A stretch of DNA of 64,000 nucleotides, taken from Rubripirellula sp. Lineage in GTDB: Bacteria; Planctomycetota; Planctomycetia; Pirellulales; Pirellulaceae. The stretch is taken from positions 6,112,001 to 6,176,000 of the forward strand of contig OZ244207.1 in assembly GCA_965216875.1 (NCBI GenBank). The letters run 5' to 3'. The position numbers were made by a program, and so were the translations under genes. This document shows, piece by piece, positions 1-8,984 of this stretch. The notes below the pieces were generated by a model. It was given only the letters and a program-made list of their open reading frames with translations, searched no databases and was not told where the DNA came from. The stretch's first letter is position 1. The number at the start of each line of letters is the position of its first letter.

Positions 1-164
1 GGATCGATCGCGCCTGCCAAATACCGGTCATGGTGCCGCAACAAAATGCGGGCCAAGCGTTTCCCAGCGTCGGTCTGCACCAACGGAATCGCGTCGACGG
101 CAAAGAACTGATGCGTGCTGAAGCAATGCGAATTGCGTAAGACTTTGACCAATGGCCACAACAT
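1..164 (-). CDS. 5' part of a gene truncated by the window edge; N-terminus resembles the zinc-dependent phospholipase C-like/DUF4332-associated family
   Basis: Not in the ORF track. ATG at 164 with GAGGTG RBS at 174-179. Reads MLWPLVKVLRNSHCFSTHQFFAVDAIPLVQTDAGKRLARILLRHHDRYLAGAID, open to the edge. The HCxSTH...D-A...YLxGA pattern was recognised from memory. Confidence 0.55.
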   Translation of the reverse strand, partial: MLWPLVKVLRNSHCFSTHQFFAVDAIPLVQTDAGKRLARILLRHHDRYLAGAID

Positions 165-182
165 GAACACGTTCACCTCAAA

Positions 183-485
183 TCAAGCCGCGTATCGAAT
201 GCGCGACAACTCTTCGTGAACATCCACCTCGTAGGCGGCGGCTTGTCGGGCCAATCGGTTACGCATCATCGCTTCGCCACCCACAAGGGTCCGTGCACAT
301 TCCATCCGATCTGCGAACTGATCAATCGAAAGCGGACGAAAAGCAAAGTGGTCTGATGGAGCACCTGATTGCCCGAACATCGTTCGCTCGCGCCACCGAT
401 GGTCGGCGACCGCGATCGCCAAGTACACGGCGTAAAGCTCGCGTGTGTTCAGATCCGACAGATCATGAAGTGAATCGATTGCCAT
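183..485 (-). CDS. hypothetical protein (100 aa)
   Basis: ATG start with AAGGA RBS; co-oriented with its neighbours; protein-like composition. Confidence 0.7.
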   Translation of the reverse strand: MAIDSLHDLSDLNTRELYAVYLAIAVADHRWRERTMFGQSGAPSDHFAFRPLSIDQFADRMECARTLVGGEAMMRNRLARQAAAYEVDVHEELSRIRYAA

Positions 486-665
486 TGGACGCTTCCTTGC
501 GTAGGCGACTTGTCAAACGAACGTGCAAGACTGCGCGAGACAACTTTCACAGCCAAAGCGACGATCGAGGTTATGCACCAAGTTCGACTGCGAAGACAAC
601 CTCAATCGACGGAGAACTGACGCGCATTCCGCTCATTCCACGGCGGACGTCAACATAAAACTTTC

Positions 666-1379
666 TTAACGTGGTTTGGCTCGCACAATATCGCGAGTCT
701 CTTCGGCTAGCCGAAACACTTCCTCGGGTCGCGGATCGGGTGCAACACGCGTGAAATAGTCTTCGTCGATCCCTAGAAGGCGACGGCGATGCCGTGAAAC
801 ACCTGGGTCGGCATCCAAAAAGCCTTCAGCCATCTCGAAATCTCGATCCCAAAGAATGGCGTCGGTCAAATTGTGGATCAGCTTTTCCCACCGGGTGATG
901 TCGATCGACGTTTCGTGAGGGACATCTGCGGCATCGTCAACCTGTTCTTGTTCGCTGTCAAACTCGCGGAGACGTCGCGTTTGAAACACCTCCTCGTAAG
1001 CAGCGAGCACAAGTCCGCGCCAAGTACGTTGTTGCTCGTCACTTGCGTCGGCCGGAAACAGATCGATTTCGATCGCGACTTGATCACGAATCTCGACGTA
1101 GACGGCTGCAACCGTCGCCTCAACCATTGCTGAAAGCGGCATTGCCGATTCGGTCTGGGTTAACAGATGCTCGGCAACATCATGCAGAAGCCCGACTTGC
1201 TGTGTTGCGGACAGCAAATCGTATACAGCGATTCCCGATTGGCAGTCAGCTGCCATCGGATCTTCAAATGCATCATCAATGTGAACGAGCAGCGCATCGA
1301 TCATCGTCTCGATCGCTGTTCCCACGAGCACAGCTTCTGCGCCACGTAGTGTTCGGTCACCTCGACTGGTATGCCACAT
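666..1379 (-). CDS. hypothetical acidic protein (237 aa)
   Basis: ATG with GGAG RBS; long ORF with ILWDRDFE and LLGIDEDYF blocks typical of conserved planctomycete hypotheticals. Confidence 0.8.
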   Translation of the reverse strand: MWHTSRGDRTLRGAEAVLVGTAIETMIDALLVHIDDAFEDPMAADCQSGIAVYDLLSATQQVGLLHDVAEHLLTQTESAMPLSAMVEATVAAVYVEIRDQVAIEIDLFPADASDEQQRTWRGLVLAAYEEVFQTRRLREFDSEQEQVDDAADVPHETSIDITRWEKLIHNLTDAILWDRDFEMAEGFLDADPGVSRHRRRLLGIDEDYFTRVAPDPRPEEVFRLAEETRDIVRAKPR

Positions 1380-1711
1380 CCGTAATAGCTCCCCCCGGTC
1401 CTATATGCTCGCACACTCAAGAAAAGACGCTAAAGCGTGCGAGGAAACAATGCTGCTTCTCGGATAAGTCGCCGACATGATAGTCGCTTCACATGCCAAC
1501 GTGAGTGGTTGCGGAACCTTTTTTTTTGAGCGCGCAAAACGGCTCGCAAAATCAAGTTCTTACTCACCTTTTTGTGAAGGTTTTTGGCGGATTGCGCGAT
1601 TCAACAGATTTTGGATGTCACGGTTCAAACTCGCCGCAAAAGACTCCACAGCGGCGGGGTTGTAATGACATCTCGTCCGCTCAGCGAACGGGCATGGGTG
1701 ACAGATGCGCA

Positions 1712-2758
1712 CTAGCCCGCTTGGTTGATCGATTCGTCCGTATCGCCTCGTCGCACAGGGCGCACTCGTGGGCGCTGACGAACCGAATCGTCCGCGAGAT
1801 CAACTCGGTCAAGATGAATGTCAAGCTGCGGGAAGGGAATTCCAATCTTGGCCGCATCGAGTTGACGCTTCACTTCAGCGGTCAAGTTTTCAAGCATCGA
1901 CCAGTAGTCGGCAGCGTCGACCCAGATTCGCACTTTCCATTCGACCGCGCTATCACCAAGATTGCTCAAGACGACAGCTGATCCGCGTCCTTCACCCTGA
2001 ATGGTTTGATCAGCAAACGTTTCAGCCGCCGTCTCAAGAACTTTGCGAGTGTCAGTGATGTCGGCGGAGTAGTCGACGCCAACGACCACTTCAATGCGCC
2101 GATGAGGGTGGTAGCTAATGTTCTCGATGGTGCCGCCGGAAATCGCACTGTTTGGCACGATGATGCGACGATTGTCGGGCGTGTCAAAGGTGGTTGTGAA
2201 CAAATCGATTTCGTTGATCTTGCCCGTGACCCCCGCGGCGCTCACGACATCGCCCACTTTGAACGGACGAAAGACCAACATCAACACGCCAGCAGCAAAG
2301 TTGCTAAGCGTTCCTTGGAACGCAAGGCCGACAGCGAAACCCGCTGCTGCCAACATTGCGGCGAGACCGCCAAGGGGTGCGCCCAGTTTCGAGAGAACAG
2401 CGGCGATCACTCCAAAGGTAACGCCATAAAAGATCATTTTCTCGACGAACTTGCCAAGCGTTTCGTCAACACGTCGGCGCACCGGCTTGCTAATCACCCG
2501 CGACAAATACTTGCCGACGAGGTAGCCGATAAAGACCACGGCCAAGCCACCTGCAGCGTAAACAACTGCCGGTCCAAGATGCTTGGATGCATATTCGGAA
2601 AGGAAATCGTAGTTTCCCCGTGACACCTCGCTAATCGCCGTCTGAGTTGCCTGCCCTAGGCCTACGGTTGGTGGAACATCGGCGACGGTAGTGATCGTCT
2701 CGACGGCATCTTGAGTTCCAGGAGTCGTCGGATTGATTTCGTTGGCCACAACAGGCAT
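1712..2758 (-). CDS. mscS: small-conductance mechanosensitive channel (MscS family)
   Basis: Three TM segments, GFAVGLAFQGTLSNFAAGV, RPFKVGDVV, IIVPNS and IPFPQ motifs. Confidence 0.93.
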   Translation of the reverse strand: MPVVANEINPTTPGTQDAVETITTVADVPPTVGLGQATQTAISEVSRGNYDFLSEYASKHLGPAVVYAAGGLAVVFIGYLVGKYLSRVISKPVRRRVDETLGKFVEKMIFYGVTFGVIAAVLSKLGAPLGGLAAMLAAAGFAVGLAFQGTLSNFAAGVLMLVFRPFKVGDVVSAAGVTGKINEIDLFTTTFDTPDNRRIIVPNSAISGGTIENISYHPHRRIEVVVGVDYSADITDTRKVLETAAETFADQTIQGEGRGSAVVLSNLGDSAVEWKVRIWVDAADYWSMLENLTAEVKRQLDAAKIGIPFPQLDIHLDRVDLADDSVRQRPRVRPVRRGDTDESINQAG

Positions 2759-2883
2759 CCCTTGGCGAAGTACGGAAGTTCACCAAAGGCGTATAGAGAA
2801 ACTGGCCATCCAAGTAAAGAGAATCCGGGGCCAGTGAGGTCGAGACCGCGGAACGGGTAAAAACAGGCTAGGAAGCAACGGGC

Positions 2884-4155
2884 TCAATTCACGATGGGCA
2901 GCTGACTCTCGTTGTTGCTGTCAATTGCATCGGGATCGCGATAGCTTCCGGTGTTGAAGTGTTTTGAGTAGGTTCCGAAATCGTTGAAGGCGTACTTCTT
3001 CGCCCAACGATAGACGAGACTTCGTTCCGGGATTTCGTCGCCTGGTTGGTATTGGCTCCGTCGCGGCTCCACATGTTTGAGTTCTTCGATCACATGACTT
3101 CTCGCGGTCGTATCGCGGGCACCGTGTTTTTCGGCCAGTTCAACCAGAATGTCGGGTCTTTCCATGATGACGCAGCCGCGCGTGTTCTCGGCGGTGAGCT
3201 CACGGAACTCGCGAAGGAACTCGGAGTTGTTAAAGGTCTCCGCAAGCGGTCGATCGTCGTGGATCGAATCGGTCGCGAGTTGGATGACCGGGCAAGGCTC
3301 GATGTCGCCCCACGGTCCGACATGGTGAGTGAAGCCGGTAGCGGCAGGACAGAGTGCGTTGCCAGCGTCGTCGTGGTAGGCATCGATGACGATGATTGGC
3401 TTTGTTGCGCGTGTGTCGACAACGAATTGTCGAACGCGTCGCTGCTGTTCGCTGGTCAGCGCCAATTGCGGGTTGGGTTCGGGCCCAACGGGACGATAGA
3501 TGTGATACCAACAATACATCACGCCCATTTCGATCAAACGGTCGACCCATTTATTGGTGACAAGGTCGTCAATGTTGGTTTTGCAAACGCTGGTGCAGAC
3601 GCCGACGAGCAATTTGTTCTTGATTGCGTTCTCGATACCCTGCATCGTTTGGTTCAACACGCCGTCTCGACCACGACGGGTATCGCTGATGATTTCGGTA
3701 CCTTCGACACTGATGAGCGGAGTGACATTGCCAAGGCGACGAAGTTCCTTGGCGACTTCGTCGGTGATGAAGTGCCCGTTGGTGAAGACTTGAAAATAGA
3801 CGTCGCGATTGGCTTCGAAGATTTTCAGCAGATCGCGGTGCATGAAGGGTTCGCCACCGAGGATCCCAAAGAAGCTATTCCCCATCGCTTTGGCTTGGGC
3901 GATGGTTTTGTTCGCTGCTTCCAGTTCGATGCGGTGTTGTTTCGAACCAACGTCGACCCAACATCCCTGGCATCGCAGATTGCAGCTATTGATGACCGAA
4001 AGGTAGAGGAACGGCGGGAAGAACTCGCCCTTCTTGAGCCGTCGTTTGTGTTTGTGAACGCTCAGAAGGCCGCGAACGCCGAGCGTCCAGCCAGCTTTCA
4101 AGAGGAGGCGTTTATCGGTTTCGACTAAGAATCGGCGAGCCAGGCGGAGATACAT
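2884..4155 (-). CDS. radical SAM protein with SPASM/twitch-like C-terminus
   Basis: CNLRCQGC (CxxxCxxC), GGEP and FTNG motifs; C-terminal CPAA...GDIEPCP. Confidence 0.9.
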   Translation of the reverse strand: MYLRLARRFLVETDKRLLLKAGWTLGVRGLLSVHKHKRRLKKGEFFPPFLYLSVINSCNLRCQGCWVDVGSKQHRIELEAANKTIAQAKAMGNSFFGILGGEPFMHRDLLKIFEANRDVYFQVFTNGHFITDEVAKELRRLGNVTPLISVEGTEIISDTRRGRDGVLNQTMQGIENAIKNKLLVGVCTSVCKTNIDDLVTNKWVDRLIEMGVMYCWYHIYRPVGPEPNPQLALTSEQQRRVRQFVVDTRATKPIIVIDAYHDDAGNALCPAATGFTHHVGPWGDIEPCPVIQLATDSIHDDRPLAETFNNSEFLREFRELTAENTRGCVIMERPDILVELAEKHGARDTTARSHVIEELKHVEPRRSQYQPGDEIPERSLVYRWAKKYAFNDFGTYSKHFNTGSYRDPDAIDSNNESQLPIVN

Positions 4156-4229
4156 CGAGCTGAACTTTCTCTGAATTGTGAACCTTCACTATTATGTCAA
4201 CAAACGCCCCCCAAAACAGGCCCGCGCGA

Positions 4230-4601
4230 AGGGACAGGCATATGCCAGCGGGTCGTTTCCGGGGACATGTCTCCGGGGACAGGCATTTTGTAGGCCTCCT
4301 CACCAAATTGGATTCTCCTCGGGGGACAGGCACACGCTGGCGTTGCTGACCGCGGATCGCGCCTCGGGGACAGGCATCAGTTGGAGGCGTAGGGGACAGG
4401 CACTGGTCAACGGCTCGTCGGGGAGAGCAAATCGGAATTCGCCCCCGCGACGATCATCTGTTAGACACCCCACCCGCGCCCAAGACGGGGACAGGCAACT
4501 CGCTTATGCCTGTCCCCCGTCATTACAGCAGCAAGTCAATCGGGCCGTCCTCTTGGACAGACATCTCAGGCCATGACACCACGAAACTCTTGCCTGTCCC
4601 C
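4230..4601. repeat. GGGGACAGGCA motif cluster 1 (six forward, two reverse copies)
   Basis: Forward copies at 4230 (1 mismatch), 4275, 4322, 4366, 4392 and 4487; reverse TGCCTGTCCCC at 4507 and 4591; degenerate copies at about 4261 and 4420. Confidence 0.92.
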
Positions 4602-4696
4602 CGAATGCGCGACCGAGTCCACACGCACGTGAATGTTAAACGAGGCAAGATCAGACGCACGAATTCGACGGCTACCGGACTTTTCGCTCCTGGTGA

Positions 4697-4726
4697 TTGC
4701 TTTGCCTGCATAAACACTGGTAGCAT
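4697..4726 (+). promoter_or_regulatory. putative sigma70-type promoter for a small RNA
   Basis: TTGCTT (4697-4702), 18-nt spacer, TG-n-TAGCAT extended -10 (TG at 4718, hexamer 4721-4726); the structured region begins 7 nt downstream. Confidence 0.45.
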
Positions 4727-4732
4727 TCTTGC

Positions 4733-4875
4733 GGTCGTGGTGGTCGACGGTTTGATACAAACCGTTGATCACGGTAGGAAGCCGGATAGGAGGCACACAC
4801 GACCCTCGAGTGCGGACAACTCGATTTGGAGACAGCCTGGTGAGCATCTCGCTTCACCGGGCTGTCGTTTTTTTT
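4733..4875 (+). ncRNA. candidate ~140-nt small RNA (multi-hairpin, GGA-rich, own terminator)
   Basis: P1 pairs 4733-4739 with 4798-4804. A 15-bp hairpin with 2 GU pairs spans 4740-4772. Small hairpins at 4773-4783 and 4806-4824 have GGA in their loops. Terminator stem plus T8 follows. No credible + strand CDS here. Confidence 0.55.
4831..4875 (+). terminator. intrinsic terminator on + strand
   Basis: GACAGCCTGGTGA (4831-4843) pairs with TCACCGGGCTGTC (4854-4866) and is followed by G plus 8 T. No A-tract upstream, so it is not oriented for the minus-strand gene. Confidence 0.8.
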
Positions 4876-4926
4876 GCATCGTCCTGACTCTCGCGACTCT
4901 ACTCTGTTTGTCTCACCGAAGTGCTC

Positions 4927-5697
4927 TCAACCCGACACCGATGTCCAGAGAAGCTTGGCACCCGTCGCGACCATGACGACGATCAAGAAGGTAAACACAA
5001 ATCGATTTCCCTTCTTGATCACCAACTTGGCTCCGATGACCCCACCAACAACGTTGCCAGCCGCCATCGTCAAGCCAACGCGATAGTCAACGAGGCCGGA
5101 CATCGCATAAATGGCTGCGGCCGACAAAGTGACGATGCCACCAACAAGATTCTTGATTGCGTTGGAACGAACAAGGTCGCCACAGTGAATTCCCAATAGG
5201 TGCATCGCCAACAGGAGCAAGACGCCAAGTCCAGCCTGTATAAAACCAACGTAGATCCCGATAAACAAAAAGACGACAGAGGCCCATCTATTTGGCGTCT
5301 CCTCTGAACTCGTATGCCGCCGCACGATTTGGCTGGGATTCGCAATGAGCAGACATGCCATACACAAGAACAGGAGGCCGAACGCACCCTCAAACGCTTT
5401 GCCCGGAAGGTAGATCGCAAGCATCGCACCCAATGGAACACCAGCAAGCGTCGGAAGAAGCAGCCGCCGTGTGTTTTCTCGATCAAGAAGCCCTTGCCGT
5501 GAAAACGTTACCGTCGCAGAAACACTGGACAGTGCTACGGCAATTCGGTTGGTGCCATTGGCGAGTTTCGGATCGAGCCCAAACAACATCAAAGCGGGAA
5601 GCGTTAAGAAAGACCCGCCTCCTGCGATTGTGTTGACGATGCCAGCAACGAAACCTGCCACAACCAACACGAAATACCAACCCAGCTCCCCCAACAC
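4927..5697 (-). CDS. sulfite exporter TauE/SafE (TSUP) family membrane protein
   Basis: GFVAGIVNTIAGGGSFLTLPAL, ANGTN and GIYVGFIQAGLG motifs, about 8 TM segments; probable GTG start at 5697 after GAAAGG. Confidence 0.9.
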   Translation of the reverse strand: MLGELGWYFVLVVAGFVAGIVNTIAGGGSFLTLPALMLFGLDPKLANGTNRIAVALSSVSATVTFSRQGLLDRENTRRLLLPTLAGVPLGAMLAIYLPGKAFEGAFGLLFLCMACLLIANPSQIVRRHTSSEETPNRWASVVFLFIGIYVGFIQAGLGVLLLLAMHLLGIHCGDLVRSNAIKNLVGGIVTLSAAAIYAMSGLVDYRVGLTMAAGNVVGGVIGAKLVIKKGNRFVFTFLIVVMVATGAKLLWTSVSG

Positions 5698-5865
5698 AGA
5701 CCTTTCAAAACCGCAGGCTTGTCGAACACACACCACCGCCTATTGAGACATCAATCGCGGTGAGAAGTTCGGAGCAGATTACTCTCGGAACTGATTGGAC
5801 GATAGCCGGCCGAGACTAACGCCGAAAACGACAGAACGTAATGCTGATGGGGAAGATGGCTAATC

Positions 5866-6939
5866 TCATGCCACTGCTCGGAGCGGATTCCCATCAGCAC
5901 GCAGCCATTTCTGGCCGCGCCGCACAGCTTCTTTGGACAAGCTTTCCTTCGTGCCTGCAGCTCGTCGAAAAATCCTTCCGAAGCCGTTTATTAGGCGGCA
6001 CCAAGTTCGATCATCGATCCCAATTCGTTTAAGTATCGGCGCAAGGCACGATGGAATCACGCCATCGTACTTGGCATGAAGTTGTCGCCCCGTCCAATCC
6101 AAGAGCTGAATATATTGAGTTAACCCGATATACAAGAAACCACGTTCGCTCGCGCGCCTTGGAGACACAGTCTTGCTTGTGGTTCCGTTATGGTCTGCAG
6201 CCTCATTCAGTTGAATCGGACTCATCCAGCCGCTGTGTTTTCGTTCGACGTCCCTTTCCCAATCGTGGGTATCCCTCGGCACTGCCGCGTCGCTGACCAA
6301 GTCATCGATGCGATCCTTAGCACCTGTGAACTTGCTTGTTTCCGGTGTTTCTGCCAACGAAGCTCGGACGGGATTCAGATCAACATAAACAGCACAAGCG
6401 AGCAGACTACTTTCGTCTAACAAGGGCTGGGCATGATAGCGGCCTTCCCAGAAATGGCCTGTGACCTCGTCCTCGCTGTTGGCCAGGCGAGCAATATGCT
6501 CGCTGAAATACCGCATCCACCAACTCATGTCGCTCAACCGACTGCGAATCACAGCCGTGCGTTGCTCGTTGTTGGCAATCATGTCGGTTTCTGGCTGAGA
6601 AATCTCACCAGAAGAAGCGTCGTCACTGCGTTTCTTCGGGCCAAGTCTCAGCCATCGAACCGCCACTTCTTCATCAGACCAAGACTGCACGACGTCGGGA
6701 CGGCTTCTCAGAATCATATGGGTATGGTTGTGCATGACCGAATAGGTCAAACACTCAATCCCAAATATTGAAGCCAAGAACTCCAATCGCCGCTTGATCC
6801 ATTCACGGCGATGTTCGAAGCTCTTTCCGGACACGGCATCGTTGCCGCAAAGAAAGGCACGTCGAACACAACGTTGTGTGCAATGAACAATCTCAACCTG
6901 CGAGGGATCAATGATCTCTCGCCGCGCTTGCCGAGGCAT
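5866..6939 (-). mobile_element. stand-alone Y1/HUH transposase-like nuclease (IS200-like fold, long RAYT-like type), 357 aa
   Basis: HUH motif MHNHTHMILR, FWEGRY, catalytic-Tyr motif YVDLNPVRA and C-terminal YIQLLDWTGR. No tnpB partner and no terminal inverted repeats. Surrounded by short palindromic repeats. Confidence 0.88.
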
Positions 6940-6984
6940 ATCTGCCCTCCCCCGACGAATTGTTGACTCACCCGATCGGTCCCG

Positions 6985-7013
6985 ATTATTGCGAGAAAGT
7001 GAACACTTGTCAA
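6985..7013 (-). promoter_or_regulatory. sigma70-type promoter of the Y1 nuclease gene
   Basis: Minus strand TTGACA (7013-7008), 17 nt, AATAAT (6990-6985); GGAGG RBS ahead of ATG 6939. Confidence 0.6.
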
Positions 7014-7043
7014 CCTATTAGATTTGAGTAGTGAAGTAGCTTC

Positions 7044-7163
7044 GGGGACAGGCATTTGCTTGGTGCCTGTCCCGTATTTCCCTGTGTGCCTGTCCCCTGT
7101 GTCCCTTTTGGTATTGTGCCAATCCCCTGAACCTGGCCCGCGTAAAAAGACATACCTGTCCCC
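7044..7163. repeat. GGGGACAGGCA motif cluster 2
   Basis: Forward copy at 7044; reverse copies at 7064, 7087, 7117 (degenerate) and 7153 (1 mismatch). Confidence 0.9.
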
Positions 7164-7306
7164 ACCGTGCCAATCCAGATGCTCATCCGCAGCTAACGCT
7201 GCTCCCGTGTGAGTCTCTTCACTTCAAGCGATGAGCGTGAATGTTTCTGATAGAGTGTTTCCCGCGCTTTCGAATTTCAACTTTCCACAATCTTTGGCCT
7301 CGTCGA

Positions 7307-8554
7307 ATGATTCGCCGATTTCTAACTTGTCTCACGGCTCTCGTTTTCACGTCACTCCCTGGAGCTGCCGACGATGATTGGCGAGTTTGGCGCGGCCCCA
7401 ATGCCAACGGCGTCGCGAACAGCGATCAACGTCCTCCGACTCAATGGAGCAAAACCTCCAACATCGTGTGGAAATCGCCAGTCCCTGGTCGTGGACACTC
7501 TTCGCCAATAGTCGTTGGTAATCGAATCTTCTTGACAACAGCGGACGAGTCGAACCAAGTTCAATCTGTCCTTTGCTACGACCGCACGACTGGCCAGCAG
7601 GTGTGGAAAGTCGATGCCAACCGCGGTGGATTCAGTCCGAAAATCCACAACAAGAATACACATGCTAGTCCGACGATTGCGTCCGATGGCGAACGTGTGT
7701 TTGCTGTCTTCAATAACAATCAAGCAGCCCAACTCACCGCGTTGACTGTCGAGGGCGATCAACTTTGGCAGAAAAACGCGGGCGGATTCGTACCCCGTGC
7801 TTATCAGTTCGGCTACGCCCCCTCACCACTCCTCTTTGATGACACCGTGATCGTCGCATCCGAGTTTGAATCGGCTGGTTTCCTCGCAGCGTTCGACGTT
7901 GAATCAGGAAACGAGGTCTGGCGACGACGACGTCCTCCTACGATTAGCTATTCATCACCGATCGTCGGCGATGTCGCTGGCCGCCAGCAACTGCTCATCA
8001 GCGGATGCAAACAAGTCGCCGCCTTTGACCCAAGTACCGGCACACCACTCTGGTCCACCCCAGGGATTTGGACGGTCACATGTGCGACCGTCGTTTGGAA
8101 TGATGACATGGTGTTTGCAAGTGGAGGCTATCCAGACAAGGGCACGATGGCCGTTCGGGCAGATGGCTCAGGCGAAGTCGTTTGGCAAAACCGAGTGAAG
8201 TGCTACGAGCAATCCATGCTTGTTCACAACGGCTTTCTCTATGGGGTCGATGACGGCGGTGTCGCTTATTGCTGGCGCTGCAATGATGGCAAAGAAATGT
8301 GGAAACGGCGGCTTGGTGGAAACGTTAGCTCGTCACCCATCTTGGCTCGGGGCAATATCTATCTTGCAAATGAAGGTGGTACGACCTTCGTTTTCCGAGC
8401 CGATCCCGATCGTTTCGAACCGGTCGCCAAGAACCAACTCGGAACTGAAACTTTTGCAACGCCCGCTTTTTGTGGAAACCAGATTTTCACCCGCGTCGCA
8501 ACTCGAGACTCCGGTAAGCGACAAGAGTTCCTCGTCTGTATCGGAAACGAATAG
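7307..8554 (+). CDS. PQQ-binding-like beta-propeller protein (BamB-like, planctomycete-expanded family)
   Basis: Signal peptide, DWRVWRGP motif, and repeated SSPIV and G..VW blade motifs; probable ATG at 7307. Confidence 0.9.
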   Translation: MIRRFLTCLTALVFTSLPGAADDDWRVWRGPNANGVANSDQRPPTQWSKTSNIVWKSPVPGRGHSSPIVVGNRIFLTTADESNQVQSVLCYDRTTGQQVWKVDANRGGFSPKIHNKNTHASPTIASDGERVFAVFNNNQAAQLTALTVEGDQLWQKNAGGFVPRAYQFGYAPSPLLFDDTVIVASEFESAGFLAAFDVESGNEVWRRRRPPTISYSSPIVGDVAGRQQLLISGCKQVAAFDPSTGTPLWSTPGIWTVTCATVVWNDDMVFASGGYPDKGTMAVRADGSGEVVWQNRVKCYEQSMLVHNGFLYGVDDGGVAYCWRCNDGKEMWKRRLGGNVSSSPILARGNIYLANEGGTTFVFRADPDRFEPVAKNQLGTETFATPAFCGNQIFTRVATRDSGKRQEFLVCIGNE

Positions 8555-8594
8555 CCTCCCTTTCCAACACTCGCCGTTCGTTGCTCGCTCTGCA

Positions 8595-8843
8595 GGGGAC
8601 AGGCACAAAGCGGGGCACAAAACGGGCAAAACGGGGGACAGGCATGAAGTTGATGCCTGTCCCCGCTTTCAGATCGGCCGCGCTTCTGATGAAGCATCAC
8701 CTTGCTAGCATTCCGATGCGTGGATTGCGGGGACAGGCATTCAGATTGACGGGACAGGCATTGACGAAATGCCTGTCCCCCGTTCGCTGGGCTGTCCCCA
8801 CGTTGCCCTACGCGCGCCTGTCCCCCTTCGCGCGCCTGTCCCC
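8595..8843. repeat. GGGGACAGGCA motif cluster 3 (two nested units)
   Basis: Unit 1: forward 8595 and 8634, reverse 8654. Unit 2: forward 8729 and 8751 (10-nt core), reverse 8770, 8789, 8815 and 8833 (the last three slightly degenerate). Confidence 0.92.
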
Positions 8844-8984
8844 TGGTTGGCGGTACCCGATTTGGCGCGGGTTGTCGCTTAATCTTGGGGTTGCTTTAAG
8901 CCGATAGGAACCGAGTGTTGCCTCTGCTTCCACATTGCGCGTACGGCCTTCGTCAGACACCCGACTCTTTCACATGATCCTGCA

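Noticed and set aside
3046..4128. 360-aa + strand ORF
   Set aside because: Antisense shadow of the radical SAM gene; no motif.
4230..4601. Canonical CRISPR array
   Set aside because: The repeat is only 11 nt, orientation flips mid-cluster, spacing is partly irregular and no cas genes are in the window. Kept as a non-CRISPR repeat-spacer finding.
4178..4976. ORFs 4178-4576, 4506-4976, 7024-7212 and 8581-8907 across the repeat clusters
   Set aside because: Translations are dominated by repeat-derived GDR/GTG/CLSP words; no RBS or domain.
5866..6939. Ordinary IS200/IS605 insertion sequence
   Set aside because: The protein is more than twice the TnpA length, there is no tnpB, and no discrete paired element ends could be defined.
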